This document shows positions 10,467 to 20,312 of a DNA stretch of 64,000 nucleotides, one piece after another (the first letter of the stretch is position 1; every line of letters starts with the position of its first letter). The position numbers and the translations under genes are program-made. Location: the IMG/VR virus record IMGVR_UViG_3300042450_001219. One strand, given 5' to 3'. Under the pieces are notes generated by a model. That model was not told the origin of the DNA. It worked only from the letters and a program-made list of their open reading frames with translations, and ran no database searches. Source of the stretch: an uncultured virus (IMG/VR IMGVR_UViG_3300042450_001219) (Duplodnaviria > Heunggongvirae > Uroviricota > Caudoviricetes).

Positions 10467-12401
10467 CTATGCGCTAATATCTACCAATTCACAATTTCCA
10501 TCAGAACTGCAAGCCAAGGTAGCATTTGTTGAAGTTCCATCTTCTGTTTCATAAAAAGATAGATCTTCCCAGCGAATTTCCTTTGGCATCTTTGCAACAA
10601 GGGCCTCGTACTCCTCCTTGCTTACTTCTTGATAAGGGGCTTGCTTATAAGAGTGATCTGAATGTGGTAGGAATGAAATTCCAGACACTTCATCAAAATG
10701 CTTGTACACCCAGGCGCCAACTTCCATCCACTCATCTTCTTTTACAGAAACTGTAATAGATGGCTTATGCTCACACCATGCACGTTGGTAAACCAGCCAA
10801 ATATTAAGGTGCTCAATAGCTGTCAAATCATTTCTAACAATTGCACCTTCTGGTGCCTTTACTGGAAAAGAAAAAACATAAGTTTCATTTGGCTTCATTA
10901 CATCATCTTCTACTGGAATTCCAACTTCTTTAAGAAATACAGAAATAGGATCCCCCTTGGAACCACGAACAGTTCTAACGTAGTATGGAGAGTGCCACGC
11001 ATGCATGCCAGAAGACACTCCAACTAATTGGGAAACAGTTCCAGATGGCTTTACACATGTAATAGCTGCAGACTCGGGAATTCCAATTTTCCCTGCTTCT
11101 TTCTTATTTGCTTCTCTTGCTGATTCACGAAGATTCATCAAAAAAGCTTCGAGGGAAACCAGATCTTCTTTTCCTGACATAAACTTATTTCCAAATTGTC
11201 CTGTTAAAGATACTCCCAGCAAGCGTTCTTCTTCTGTATTATCTTTCCAGATTTTTCTAAGATATTTAAAATCAGTAAGCGTAGATTGCCACGTGCCAAG
11301 GATTGTAGCTAGCTCTACCTTGCGTTCAATATCTTTCTTTGTATCACCTTCACGTAATACGACTTCTGAAAGATTGCAAAACTGGTAAGGACGTAAAATA
11401 ATTTCTGAGCACGGGTTAGTGCCATAGTGTATATCTGGATCTCTTCTTCCATATTTGGCTGCTTGGGTTTGAGCTGCGGCCACATTGTATATACCTCGTT
11501 CTCCCGACTTTGAGTCATATAGAGATTTCCATTCTGCAATAAATTGCTCCATATCTGGCTTGCGTGAGTATGCAACAGAATTATTAGACAACGCTCTCTG
11601 AGGGCTTTGCTCCCACCAGTTTCCTGATTTAGCCTGTGCCATTTCAATATCATTAATGTTAGAAAGAGAAATCATTGCTGAGCGACGAACTCCTCCTACA
11701 ACAACTACTTCACCAATCTTGCACATAATATCATGGCATTCAATTGGCTTAAGGCTTCTTCCTGCGGCATTTTTAAATTTTGCAATTGTAAAATCAAACA
11801 AGTTAACCAATGGCTGCGGGCCAGATGATCTTCCGCCCATTGTCTTAAGTCTTGCGCCTGCAGGACGAACCTTAGAAACATCTATTGCTGGAATCTGACC
11901 CGACCAAAGAAGGGCTAGCAACTCACGATATGCTTTTGCCCATCCTTGCTTTGAATCTTCTACAGTAATAACTGTAGTTGATTTCTCTAAAGATTCTGGG
12001 ACGGCAGGAAGTTTATTAATGTATTTGTATTCAACAGAAAACCCTACACCCGTTCCACACATAAGGATATACATTGTTTCATCAAATGAACGTGGTGAGT
12101 CAACTGGCAAAAAAGCACAATTGTATCCTGCAACATTATCTCGTTCTAGTGCTGCTCCTGAAGTCATTACGGAGCGCATTGAGGGCATGACATTTCTTTT
12201 GAATACACCGTCTTTTAATTCCGCTACAAGCTTTTCAGTTGGAATATAATTGTGGTTTTGTTTTAAGTGATTCAGCATGTAATCAAAATATCTATCTACT
12301 GTTTCACCCCACGTTTCACGACGGTTCTCTTCTGGAATCCATCTAGCGTAACGCGATAACGCAATAAAATTTTCGTAAGGGTTTGCAATAGTATTTGACA
12401 T
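10467..12401 (-). CDS. nrdJ: Adenosylcobalamin-dependent (class II) ribonucleotide reductase
   Basis: TNPCSEI active-site motif, CVKPSGTVSQL, GGVRRSA, C-terminal CxxxxC. Confidence 0.92.
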   Translation of the reverse strand: MSNTIANPYENFIALSRYARWIPEENRRETWGETVDRYFDYMLNHLKQNHNYIPTEKLVAELKDGVFKRNVMPSMRSVMTSGAALERDNVAGYNCAFLPVDSPRSFDETMYILMCGTGVGFSVEYKYINKLPAVPESLEKSTTVITVEDSKQGWAKAYRELLALLWSGQIPAIDVSKVRPAGARLKTMGGRSSGPQPLVNLFDFTIAKFKNAAGRSLKPIECHDIMCKIGEVVVVGGVRRSAMISLSNINDIEMAQAKSGNWWEQSPQRALSNNSVAYSRKPDMEQFIAEWKSLYDSKSGERGIYNVAAAQTQAAKYGRRDPDIHYGTNPCSEIILRPYQFCNLSEVVLREGDTKKDIERKVELATILGTWQSTLTDFKYLRKIWKDNTEEERLLGVSLTGQFGNKFMSGKEDLVSLEAFLMNLRESAREANKKEAGKIGIPESAAITCVKPSGTVSQLVGVSSGMHAWHSPYYVRTVRGSKGDPISVFLKEVGIPVEDDVMKPNETYVFSFPVKAPEGAIVRNDLTAIEHLNIWLVYQRAWCEHKPSITVSVKEDEWMEVGAWVYKHFDEVSGISFLPHSDHSYKQAPYQEVSKEEYEALVAKMPKEIRWEDLSFYETEDGTSTNATLACSSDGNCELVDISA

Positions 12402-12556
12402 TTATAGTACCTGTTTCTCCGCCTAGCGGTCTAATTTAATTTAAGTAGAGTCCTATTCTACCAAACTTTTTTACGCATGGGAAGAGCATTAAATTAAAAC
12501 TAAAGAAAACAGCTTTATTATTAGTTAACTAAAACAAATATAACATAAACTCTAGG

Positions 12557-12586
12557 TTGACAGATTAAACTTTTTAATGGTATTCT
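12557..12586 (+). promoter_or_regulatory. Housekeeping sigma-type promoter for the transglycosylase gene
   Basis: TTGACA-N18-TATTCT. Confidence 0.55.
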
Positions 12587-12604
12587 TATAGTTCGTTATC
12601 TCTA

Positions 12605-13180
12605 TTGGAGGAAATGCCTATGGAGAATATAAAAGAAAAACTTAGCGATGTTTTACATCACTATGTTGCAATAGCAGTAGCTGTATTGTTTTTATTTACT
12701 GGTCAACCAGAAATGATTCAATCAGCATCTGCACTGGTTGTAAAACCAGATGTAAAAACCGAAGCACAACTTGACAAGGAAACGCTGAAGCAATTCAGTA
12801 ATACTGTGTGGAAACCATCCGAGTCTTTAACAGATAAAGAATTGGTTGAACTTCTCAAAGCTGTAGGCTTTGAGGGTAGCGCCCTTAAAATGGCGTGGGC
12901 CGTAGCTAAAAAGGAGTCTAATGGACGCCCAATGGCTTATAACGGCAACATAAAAACTGGAGACAGCTCTTATGGAATTTTTCAGATTAACATGTTGGGA
13001 AACCTAGGTGATAATCGTAAAGAAAAGTTCAAACTGGACAGTAACTATTCGTTATTTGATCCAGCAATCAACGCAGAGATAACGTATTATATGACCAATG
13101 GCGGTCAAGATTGGTCGTCATGGAAAGGTTTAACTCCTCGAACAAAAGAGTGGCTAAACAAATTTCCATCTAGAAGTTAG
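12605..13180 (+). CDS. Lysozyme-like/lytic transglycosylase (SLT-type) with N-terminal membrane anchor
   Basis: AVAKKESNG (catalytic Glu), SYGIFQIN, DWSSW motifs; exact start uncertain (12605-12620). Confidence 0.8.
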   Translation: MEEMPMENIKEKLSDVLHHYVAIAVAVLFLFTGQPEMIQSASALVVKPDVKTEAQLDKETLKQFSNTVWKPSESLTDKELVELLKAVGFEGSALKMAWAVAKKESNGRPMAYNGNIKTGDSSYGIFQINMLGNLGDNRKEKFKLDSNYSLFDPAINAEITYYMTNGGQDWSSWKGLTPRTKEWLNKFPSRS

Positions 13181-13204
13181 AAAGGATTTACTATTAAGAT
13201 ACAA

Positions 13205-13414
13205 TTGGTATCTGAATATCTGAGCCTTTCAAGAGAAGGTCTTGTTTCAGAAATGGCTTGTCCATTAGATCAAGGCCTTCTCTTTTCTAACACAGACAAC
13301 GAAGATAAAATTTTTATTTATTGTGTTTCTTGTAAATACAAAAGCTATGTCGGTACAGCCCTTTATAGCAAAATGGTGAAAGAAATAGAAAATGCAAATA
13401 GAAAGCAAGTTTAA
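13205..13414 (+). CDS. Small Zn-ribbon-like hypothetical protein
   Basis: CPLD...CVSC. Confidence 0.5.
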   Translation: MVSEYLSLSREGLVSEMACPLDQGLLFSNTDNEDKIFIYCVSCKYKSYVGTALYSKMVKEIENANRKQV

Positions 13415-13586
13415 CAAAGACTTAGTTCTAGACATGTCTTCTAATATTCCATGTGCACACATACCAAGAGCATTTCTTGCTGAAAAAGCATTAAATGTTA
13501 TTCAGTCATATTTAGAGCTAGCTAAAGCTCGCGGCCTGAATACAATTGATGAAGTGCTTGAAGATATAAAAGTGAAAAATGACTGA
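13392..13586 (+). CDS. Hypothetical protein
   Basis: Overlapping operon-like ORF. Confidence 0.5.
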   Translation: MQIESKFNKDLVLDMSSNIPCAHIPRAFLAEKALNVIQSYLELAKARGLNTIDEVLEDIKVKND

Positions 13587-13782
13587 AACTAATTCTAGTA
13601 ATCTAGAAGACAACCTTCCTATGGTAAACTACATAATGCTTCATAGAATATATGACGTATTATGTCTAATAGCCAAACAAGGGGGGGATTTTAAAGAAAT
13701 AGAAAAAATGGTAGAATACCATAAAGAAGGATTCTTGCTGGGACCCTCCCCAGCATTTATTTCTGAGGAGAATAATGAATAG
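13579..13782 (+). CDS. Hypothetical protein
   Basis: Overlapping operon-like ORF. Confidence 0.6.
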   Translation: MTETNSSNLEDNLPMVNYIMLHRIYDVLCLIAKQGGDFKEIEKMVEYHKEGFLLGPSPAFISEENNE

Positions 13783-13960
13783 AGAAGAAATAATCGACCT
13801 CATGACTGAGGTTTTTAGCGAAACAAATAAAAGCATGGCCCTTGCAAGTGGTATGGAAGAATCTGAAGTAGACAAATTTATTGAGCAAAGTACTCCTTCA
13901 ATTAATCACGCCTTGACTGCTGTTTATGATGCACTTCTTGAAAAAGAAGTTGTAAAATAG
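13775..13960 (+). CDS. Hypothetical protein
   Basis: GAGGAG RBS; ORF. Confidence 0.6.
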   Translation: MNREEIIDLMTEVFSETNKSMALASGMEESEVDKFIEQSTPSINHALTAVYDALLEKEVVK

Positions 13961-14035
13961 TATTGCTTTGTCAAAAAACCTATACTACAATATAAGTGTG
14001 TAATATTAATTACACTATGCGGATATAACGCAACT

Positions 14036-14071
14036 AAAACCCTAAAGGATCCGCCTCCTTTAGGGTTTTTT
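14036..14071 (+). terminator. Rho-independent terminator-like hairpin
   Basis: AAAACCCTAAAGGA-TCCGCC-TCCTTTAGGGTTTT followed by a T-run. Confidence 0.7.
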
Positions 14072-14085
14072 GTTTAAGGAGTAAA

Positions 14086-14718
14086 ATGGACTCGTATTTA
14101 AGCAGATGGACTGAAGATCAAGATTTTGTAAAACTACATAATGATTTTAATTTAATATGCAACATACAAAATTCTATGGATAATGCCCAGTACGGAAGAA
14201 TATCTATACTGAGACAGCTGGCAAAACATCAATCTGTAAAAAATCCAAATTTAAACTTTGCTGAGACTGGTGTTTATGCTGGAATGACAATGTTCTTTAC
14301 CGCCGAGTTTTGCAACAAATCTTTTATAGGAATTGATTCTTGGGAAGGTGTTTCTGAGCCAGGAGAGTTTGATACAGAATACTTTAAAACAGTAAAATTA
14401 AAATCTGAAATGGCGTGGGCAAAAAATAACCTATCTAGATACAAAAATATAGAATTAAAAAAAGGCTGGATACCAGAAGTATTTAAAGACCTTGAAGAAA
14501 AAGAGTATTCATTTGTACATGTAGATGTAGATTTATACGAGCCAACAAAAGAATCAATAGAATATTTTTGGCCTAAAATAGTTTCTGGCGGAGTGTTAAT
14601 ATGTGATGACTACGGTTCTTACAAAACAGAAGGATCTAGAAAAGCTGTAAAAGACGCTTTTGAAGATCACAATATACTTGAACTACCTACTGGCCAAGCT
14701 ATTATGTGGAAGGAATGA
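14086..14718 (+). CDS. TylF/MycF-family SAM-dependent O-methyltransferase
   Basis: ETGVYAG, DSWEG, KGWIPE, FVHVDVDLYEPT, GGVLICDDY motifs. Confidence 0.85.
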   Translation: MDSYLSRWTEDQDFVKLHNDFNLICNIQNSMDNAQYGRISILRQLAKHQSVKNPNLNFAETGVYAGMTMFFTAEFCNKSFIGIDSWEGVSEPGEFDTEYFKTVKLKSEMAWAKNNLSRYKNIELKKGWIPEVFKDLEEKEYSFVHVDVDLYEPTKESIEYFWPKIVSGGVLICDDYGSYKTEGSRKAVKDAFEDHNILELPTGQAIMWKE

Positions 14719-14730
14719 TACAATAATACT

Positions 14731-15381
14731 ATGACCACTTGGATGAAAAAAGAATTTGAAGAAAGCGGATATACCGTAGAAACTCCTATTGATGGATTGC
14801 TTGTTGTTAAAAACTTTATAACGAAAGAAGACATTGAAGAATACATGGGTATAATAAATAACACCTCTGAAGAACAATGGGATAAATGGTATACAGACCA
14901 ACTAAAGGTTTTCACAAAAGCAAAATTTGGCAGGGAAGATGTAGAAAACTTAGTTAAAGAAGGTTTATACGAAGTAACATTAAACTGGAATGATAAAAAC
15001 GTATCCTTCATTGACTCAGATATACACAGAAGAATAGATAAAAGATTTAATGATGTGCTTGAAAAAACCAAAGAAGGACTTTTACTAAGTGGATTTTATT
15101 TTATACAGAGAATGTATGATGGGGTACAGCTAGTATCTCATCATGATCAAAATACAGATGAATCAATACAACACGCTGGAGTTATATACATAAATAATGA
15201 TTATAACGGTGGTGAAATTTTTTGGGCTAAAAAAGGATTTGAAATGAAACCAGAACCTGGAGATCTTTTACTATTTGGTGGGGATCCAGAATGGGAGCAT
15301 GGAGTAAGGTTTGTAACAGAAGGACCTACAAGATATGTACTTCCAGCTTTTATAAAAATACCTAACTTTTACAAAAATTAA
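14731..15381 (+). CDS. 2OG-Fe(II) oxygenase, prolyl-4-hydroxylase-like
   Basis: HHD...YINNDYNGGE...PEPGDLLLF...HGV...R. Confidence 0.85.
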   Translation: MTTWMKKEFEESGYTVETPIDGLLVVKNFITKEDIEEYMGIINNTSEEQWDKWYTDQLKVFTKAKFGREDVENLVKEGLYEVTLNWNDKNVSFIDSDIHRRIDKRFNDVLEKTKEGLLLSGFYFIQRMYDGVQLVSHHDQNTDESIQHAGVIYINNDYNGGEIFWAKKGFEMKPEPGDLLLFGGDPEWEHGVRFVTEGPTRYVLPAFIKIPNFYKN

Positions 15382-15387
15382 TTTTTG

Positions 15388-15924
15388 TTATGCTAAAGTG
15401 AGGCCCAAAATAAGAGAATCTTCTTCTCCTGAACTCATGATGTTTTCATTCTCAGAATCTGATACAAAAAACACAATTTCTTTTGGTGCAAACACTTTAG
15501 AAATAATTCCATTTATTTTTAAGCTACCATCTAATACAATATAAGCTTTTACAACTATTGCATCTGGATCTAACTCTACAGAAATTGTATTAGTATACTC
15601 AAAAGGCTCGGCGTTAGAGTAAGCCATAGTGTAATAATTTTTTATGTTTGGTAGGCTTTTTAAATCAGATAGCTCTACAAACTTTTCTCTTATTGCAGTT
15701 AAAGTAGGTCTTACTGGAAGTCTTGGATGAGAGTAATTAATTCTAGTTATATTAGAATACTGAATTGTTTCTTTTTCCTCATCTGTAGCAGAATTTAGCC
15801 AATCTTTAATTTCAAGAACTTCTTCGTCTGTAATTTCAAAAGAAATAAATTCTCTTTCTGAGTTTGCAGGAAGAGTAATTACTGGTTGCTCTTCAGCATG
15901 TGTTACATCATCAAGGATTCCCAT
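15388..15924 (-). CDS. Hypothetical protein
   Basis: ORF; TAATG coupling to the upstream gene. Confidence 0.55.
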   Translation of the reverse strand: MGILDDVTHAEEQPVITLPANSEREFISFEITDEEVLEIKDWLNSATDEEKETIQYSNITRINYSHPRLPVRPTLTAIREKFVELSDLKSLPNIKNYYTMAYSNAEPFEYTNTISVELDPDAIVVKAYIVLDGSLKINGIISKVFAPKEIVFFVSDSENENIMSSGEEDSLILGLTLA

Positions 15925-16217
15925 TAATTTGCAGCCTTCCAAGATTCAAGATCTGCTATGTCAGACTCTGTGCCGAAGTTTGCTACTAGATACTCTTCAG
16001 ACTCTTCTAGCTTTAGATTTGCTGTTTCATAAAGCAATCCATCGTAGTTTTGATCTTCTTGGTATTTAATTGTTAGCTTGCCATCTTTTGTTGCTTCCAA
16101 GATTTCTTCGTCTGATAAAGATGGGTTTGCTTCTTTGAATTCTTTAACTAGAAAAAGATCGAACTTGTTCCAGATTGCGTTTACTCTTTCAGAGTCAATT
16201 GTACTAAAAAATCTCAT
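15924..16217 (-). CDS. Hypothetical protein
   Basis: AGGAG RBS; ORF. Confidence 0.6.
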   Translation of the reverse strand: MRFFSTIDSERVNAIWNKFDLFLVKEFKEANPSLSDEEILEATKDGKLTIKYQEDQNYDGLLYETANLKLEESEEYLVANFGTESDIADLESWKAAN

Positions 16218-16296
16218 CGTGTATCTCCTTTAATTTTTAAGAATAAGTATATTATACCCTACATATTCTACAGATTCAATGTCCTAAAAAGTGCGG

Positions 16297-16323
16297 CGAA
16301 AAGTGAGCCGAAAATTAGAGACC
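16297..16323 (+). repeat. Left copy of a 27/28-bp inverted repeat bracketing the plus-strand island (partner at 31547-31574)
   Basis: CGAAAAGTGAGCCGAAAATTAGAGACC versus the reverse complement CGAAAAGTGAAGTCGAAAAGTAGAGACC. Confidence 0.7.
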
Positions 16324-16475
16324 ATAGTCCTGAATTCTTTTTAACATCGCTATATACTCGTCCAATTGCTCCTCAGTAGGCCCTATATTATTTTCTGCTG
16401 GTACACCAGCATATACGATAAAAAGGAGGGCGGAAAGAGGAACATCATAGGCTAGCATAGTAATATTATACTCCA

Positions 16476-16491
16476 TGTTTCACGTGAAACC
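16476..16491. promoter_or_regulatory. parS: parS centromere-like site (ParB box)
   Basis: TGTTTCACGTGAAACC: perfect 14-bp GTTTCACGTGAAAC palindrome, 15/16 to TGTTTCACGTGAAACA. Confidence 0.75.
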
Positions 16492-16616
16492 AAGTAGATC
16501 TATAAATTAAAAAAAAGAAATAGTACTATAACGCCAAAGCATACAAGAAGGAATTTAGCCTTCTTAGTTTTTGGCCATTCATCTGGCACTCTTACATTAT
16601 CCATATTTCCTCCAAG

Positions 16617-16691
16617 TAGGCCTATTGGGATTTGAACCCAAAGTCGATTGCATATAAGACAATTGCTTTAACCAGGTTAAGCTATAGGCCC
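16617..16691 (-). tRNA. tRNA-Ile(UAU)
   Basis: Cloverleaf with GGGCCTA/TAGGCCT acceptor, ATTGT-CTTATAT-GCAAT anticodon arm and GTTCAAATCC T-loop. Confidence 0.85.
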
Positions 16692-17280
16692 TTATATTAG
16701 CCTATTATCTGATATATTATACCAAGGATAAAAGTCATTGCAGTTACTATGGCTATAGCCAAAAGAAGTTTCACTGTTCTATCCCCGTTTTTTTAAAAAT
16801 TGAATCTAGGACTTCATCCATAGAATCATCTATCGTTCTAGTATGTTGTCTTGAACAGTTTCCACATTCTCTACACATATCTATCACCTATTTGTCTTAT
16901 GTTCTTTATCTTGTTTTATAGATTTTATCTGGGTATATTAGATTTTAGGAAAGCCCCCCTACCCCCCAAATTTTTTCTTTTTGGAAAGATAGAGAAAGCA
17001 ATTCCTGGAACATATATCCACAGATGTTATCTGGTACATATTGAGTTTCAGGGTAAGCCCCCCACAAAGCAAACTAAGTGTAGCATTTTACTTTTACCAA
17101 AGTCAATAGCTTATATAACAGCTATGTTGATCAAGTAGTATCTTACCATATCCCCCGCCATTTATTCTAGTTGACTGCTTTTTCAGATTTAAGAAAATGT
17201 TAATATATTTTTTACATGTATGATACACAATTTAGGCAAAACGGACATTTCGGATAGTGCGCCCATAATGAATGGTCATT

Positions 17281-17321
17281 TGTGACTCATCTCACACGAT
17301 TTTTTTGTGATACACCTCACA
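17281..17321. promoter_or_regulatory. Two perfect CRP/GlxR-type boxes
   Basis: TGTGA-N6-TCACA at 17281-17296 and 17306-17321. Confidence 0.7.
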
Positions 17322-17414
17322 ATGTCCGAATTATACGCATTTTGGATTAGACATTTGTCAGACCCCCATGCTATGCTTAAGGTATAACAAAAACAAACGA
17401 AAGGTAATCATCTA

Positions 17415-17659
17415 ATGAATACACTAGAACGAATTAGAAAAGAACAACAAGAACGCTATGCGATACAGCGTGAAAAGGATAAGGCTAAAATAGAGGCTAT
17501 GTTTTCTAATAACCCTCGCCCTTTAAATAACGCCTACCTACTAGCGAAAGAGGAAAACTAATGAGCAACACAGTATTTGTTAGCACTTGGTTTTGCGACA
17601 TCTGCCAGATAGAAACAGGCGAGGACATCGCAGGCTCTATCTGGTGCGAGTGTGACTAG
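17415..17659 (+). CDS. Two tiny coupled early genes (17415-17561, 48 aa; 17561-17659, 32 aa with CxxC/CxC)
   Basis: GAAAGG RBS, TAATG overlap, directly downstream of the promoter. Confidence 0.6.
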
Positions 17660-17747
17660 TATCACACGACACACCCTAGCAACCTCCCCAATTTGTCAGA
17701 CCCCCATGCTACACTTACAACATAACAACAACGAAAGGTCAGAATAA

Positions 17748-18511
17748 ATGACACTAGATGAATACAAGCAAATGGTAGAGGCGCAACGCCTTGCCTCCCT
17801 AGCAATAGCCCTAGAGGCTTTGCGTAAGTCCGATACAATCGCTAAGGAGATGAATAAATAATGTCATACGCATACTCATACGAAACTAATAGCGTATCTA
17901 AATGGGATACTATCCAAGCAGATGTCGCAGACGCATACGCATACCTTGATGAGGTAGATGAGGAACAACCTCCACTAGATGAGTTTAATGATGAAGATAC
18001 AGACGAACTAGCAAAACTATACGCACTAACATGGGAGAACTAATAATGATAATTACTTACACACTTTGGCAAGGTAGCCAATTACTAAGCGTTAATAACA
18101 AGGCTACTAGCGCAGATGAACTGCTAACAGTAATGACCGAACTAAATAAACTAGGTAAGGGTTTCACTTACAACATTAGAGAAGTAGAGGTAAATAAGTA
18201 ATGACTATCGAACTAAATGAATACGGCTTTATGCTTGACATGGGTGATTTTATTTACTTATCCCTATCATGGGCTTTCCTTATCTTGTCCTCCGTTGTTT
18301 TTATCGGTTATAAGATTTATAAGAGAGTAAAGAATAATCGAACACTAGGCAATTGCTTGCCTACTAATACTAATGATACATGGGGAGAGTAATGAATAGA
18401 CTACTTACTACACTAGTCCAATTAGGTATTGGTATTCCCGCCCTAATTATGCTCCGCCTTGTATGGCGTGAGATCGTAGCGGATTACCGAGAGTGGGCTA
18501 ACTCACACTAG
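17748..18511 (+). CDS. Operon of five tiny early genes (17748-17861, 17861-18043, 18046-18201, 18201-18392, 18392-18511)
   Basis: Consecutive ORFs with RBSs and TAATG overlaps; the last two have hydrophobic segments. Confidence 0.6.
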
Positions 18512-18517
18512 CCTAAC

Positions 18518-18714
18518 GGCGTGTCGGCTTGACATTGTCAAGCTGGCCCGCAAGTACTTGCGGGAGTTATCCACAGGGTTACGGGGGTTATCCACAACCC
18601 CCAGGTTTTGCGACACGCCCGAGATTTTGTGATTACTATCACATAGGCTGAGCGTCTCATTATTTGGAATTACTGGCTAGTAGGTAGATAAATGTCAGAC
18701 CCCCGTGGTAAAAT
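18518..18714 (+). repeat. Composite intergenic cassette copy 1 (GGCGTGTCG, hairpin, 2x DnaA box, CGACACGCC, CRP box, promoter)
   Basis: TTATCCACA at 18567 and 18588; TGTGA-N6-TCACA at 18628-18643. Confidence 0.85.
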
Positions 18715-18736
18715 ACTACCATAACGAAAAAGAAAG

Positions 18737-19516
18737 GTGGTCACTATGACTACACTAACAAATACACATACACACACTCCACACATGGAGAGCGTATCTA
18801 CTACCTATGGCATGGGTGTAGATGTCGAATACACTTTCTGCGAAACATGCGAGCAGAACATAGATAGAGTCTATTTCTATGATGACTATGACCGCTTACC
18901 ATTTTATTCCGATTGGAGTTTAACTAAATGAAAACTAATTTTGAGGTAACGCAAGAAATAACAACTCTTGCTAAAAAGCACTATGGCGAAATGGATTTAG
19001 CCTTTAAGTGGGGTTGCGCTCAAGCGTTACTAAGCACTAAGCAATTAGAGATTATTCTAAACATACTAAAAGATAAGGAAACTAACTAAATGGCTGTATT
19101 TAATTTTGATTTATCCGTTACTGTTGAGGCAGATGATTTTGAGTCTGCCTTATCATGGTTAAAGGTTGTTCCATTAGAGCGACTTGATTTTATTGTTGTT
19201 GATTATACCGAATTGGAGTTAAGCGAATGAAATCAGATTTCGAAAAAGATTTAGAAATTAAAGAAAGCTTTATTGATTTACTAAATGATGTTTACCCTAC
19301 TGTAAAAATTGGTTACTCTACTTTTACTCCCGCCGAAATTTTGGAATGTTGCGACCCAATCGCTTTTTCAATCGGACTAATTGAACATGAAGATTATTTA
19401 GCAGAAATGGAAAACGAATAATGGATTTTTTTGGATTTGAAAAAGCAATTGAAATTGATCATTTAACAGATGAGCAAATTCTAAAGCTTGAAGAAATTTT
19501 TAAAGATTTCGAATAA
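18737..19516 (+). CDS. Cluster of about five small early genes (including 18737/18746-18931 and 19227-19421)
   Basis: Consecutive short ORFs with RBSs after the promoter at 18693. Confidence 0.55.
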
Positions 19517-19521
19517 ACAGC

Positions 19522-19714
19522 GGCGTGTCGACTTGACAAAAGTTGATGCGCCCGCAAAAGAGCGGGGTTATCCACAGGGTTACGGGGGTTATCCACAACC
19601 CCTGGAATTTGCGACACGCCCGAGATTTTGTGATTTTTATCACACGACTTGAGCGTCTCAAAATGTGGAATTACTCGCCAGTAATGTGAAAATGTCAGTG
19701 GCATAGGCTATAAT
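19522..19714 (+). repeat. Composite intergenic cassette copy 2
   Basis: TTATCCACA at 19568 and 19589; CGACACGCC at 19612; CRP box 19629-19644. Confidence 0.85.
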
Positions 19715-19746
19715 TGCCAGTATCAACAAACGAAAGGTGACAACTC

Positions 19747-19956
19747 ATGTCAGCAAAAGCATACACTATCGAAAGCCTCTTAGAGGGAAAACACTATCGC
19801 TCACACTCTCGCCATGACGAGGGAACTATCGTATACGCAACAAAGCGTGACGCAATTTGGTACGGAGAAAACCTAGAGGCTTACGCTATCGAGGTTCGCC
19901 CAACCCGTGGGATCAAAAACTTTTGGGCAACCATTGCGGTTAGGGTATCTGACTAA
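19747..19956 (+). CDS. Hypothetical early protein
   Basis: GAAAGG RBS after the promoter. Confidence 0.65.
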   Translation: MSAKAYTIESLLEGKHYRSHSRHDEGTIVYATKRDAIWYGENLEAYAIEVRPTRGIKNFWATIAVRVSD

Positions 19957-20312
19957 TTTGTCAGTGCTATCCGCTATAATTACAGAATAAACAAACGAAA
20001 GGAAAACTATGTTAAACATAATCGACAAAACCGATTTCTATGAAATCGCAGACGAGCAACATTTTTGTTGTGATGAAAGTCAATTTAAGTATTACTGTAT
20101 CGAACACCTAGAATTTATGGGTTGCTACTTTTGCGGATTTGACTATGACAAAGATTGCGAGGAACAACACTAATGATTAACTCAGTATTAACAATAGATT
20201 GCCAAGATTGCTTAGGTCATGGCGTAATCTTTTTTGGTGATGATAATGATTTTGATTGCGAGCCTTGCGATTGTCAAGATGGCTCTTTATTTAAGAACGG
20301 GGAAAATGACTA

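Noticed and set aside
16851..17138. 95-aa plus-strand ORF in the divergence zone, and 29614-29799 in the convergence zone
   Set aside because: No RBS or recognisable motifs and low-complexity composition; probably non-coding regulatory DNA.
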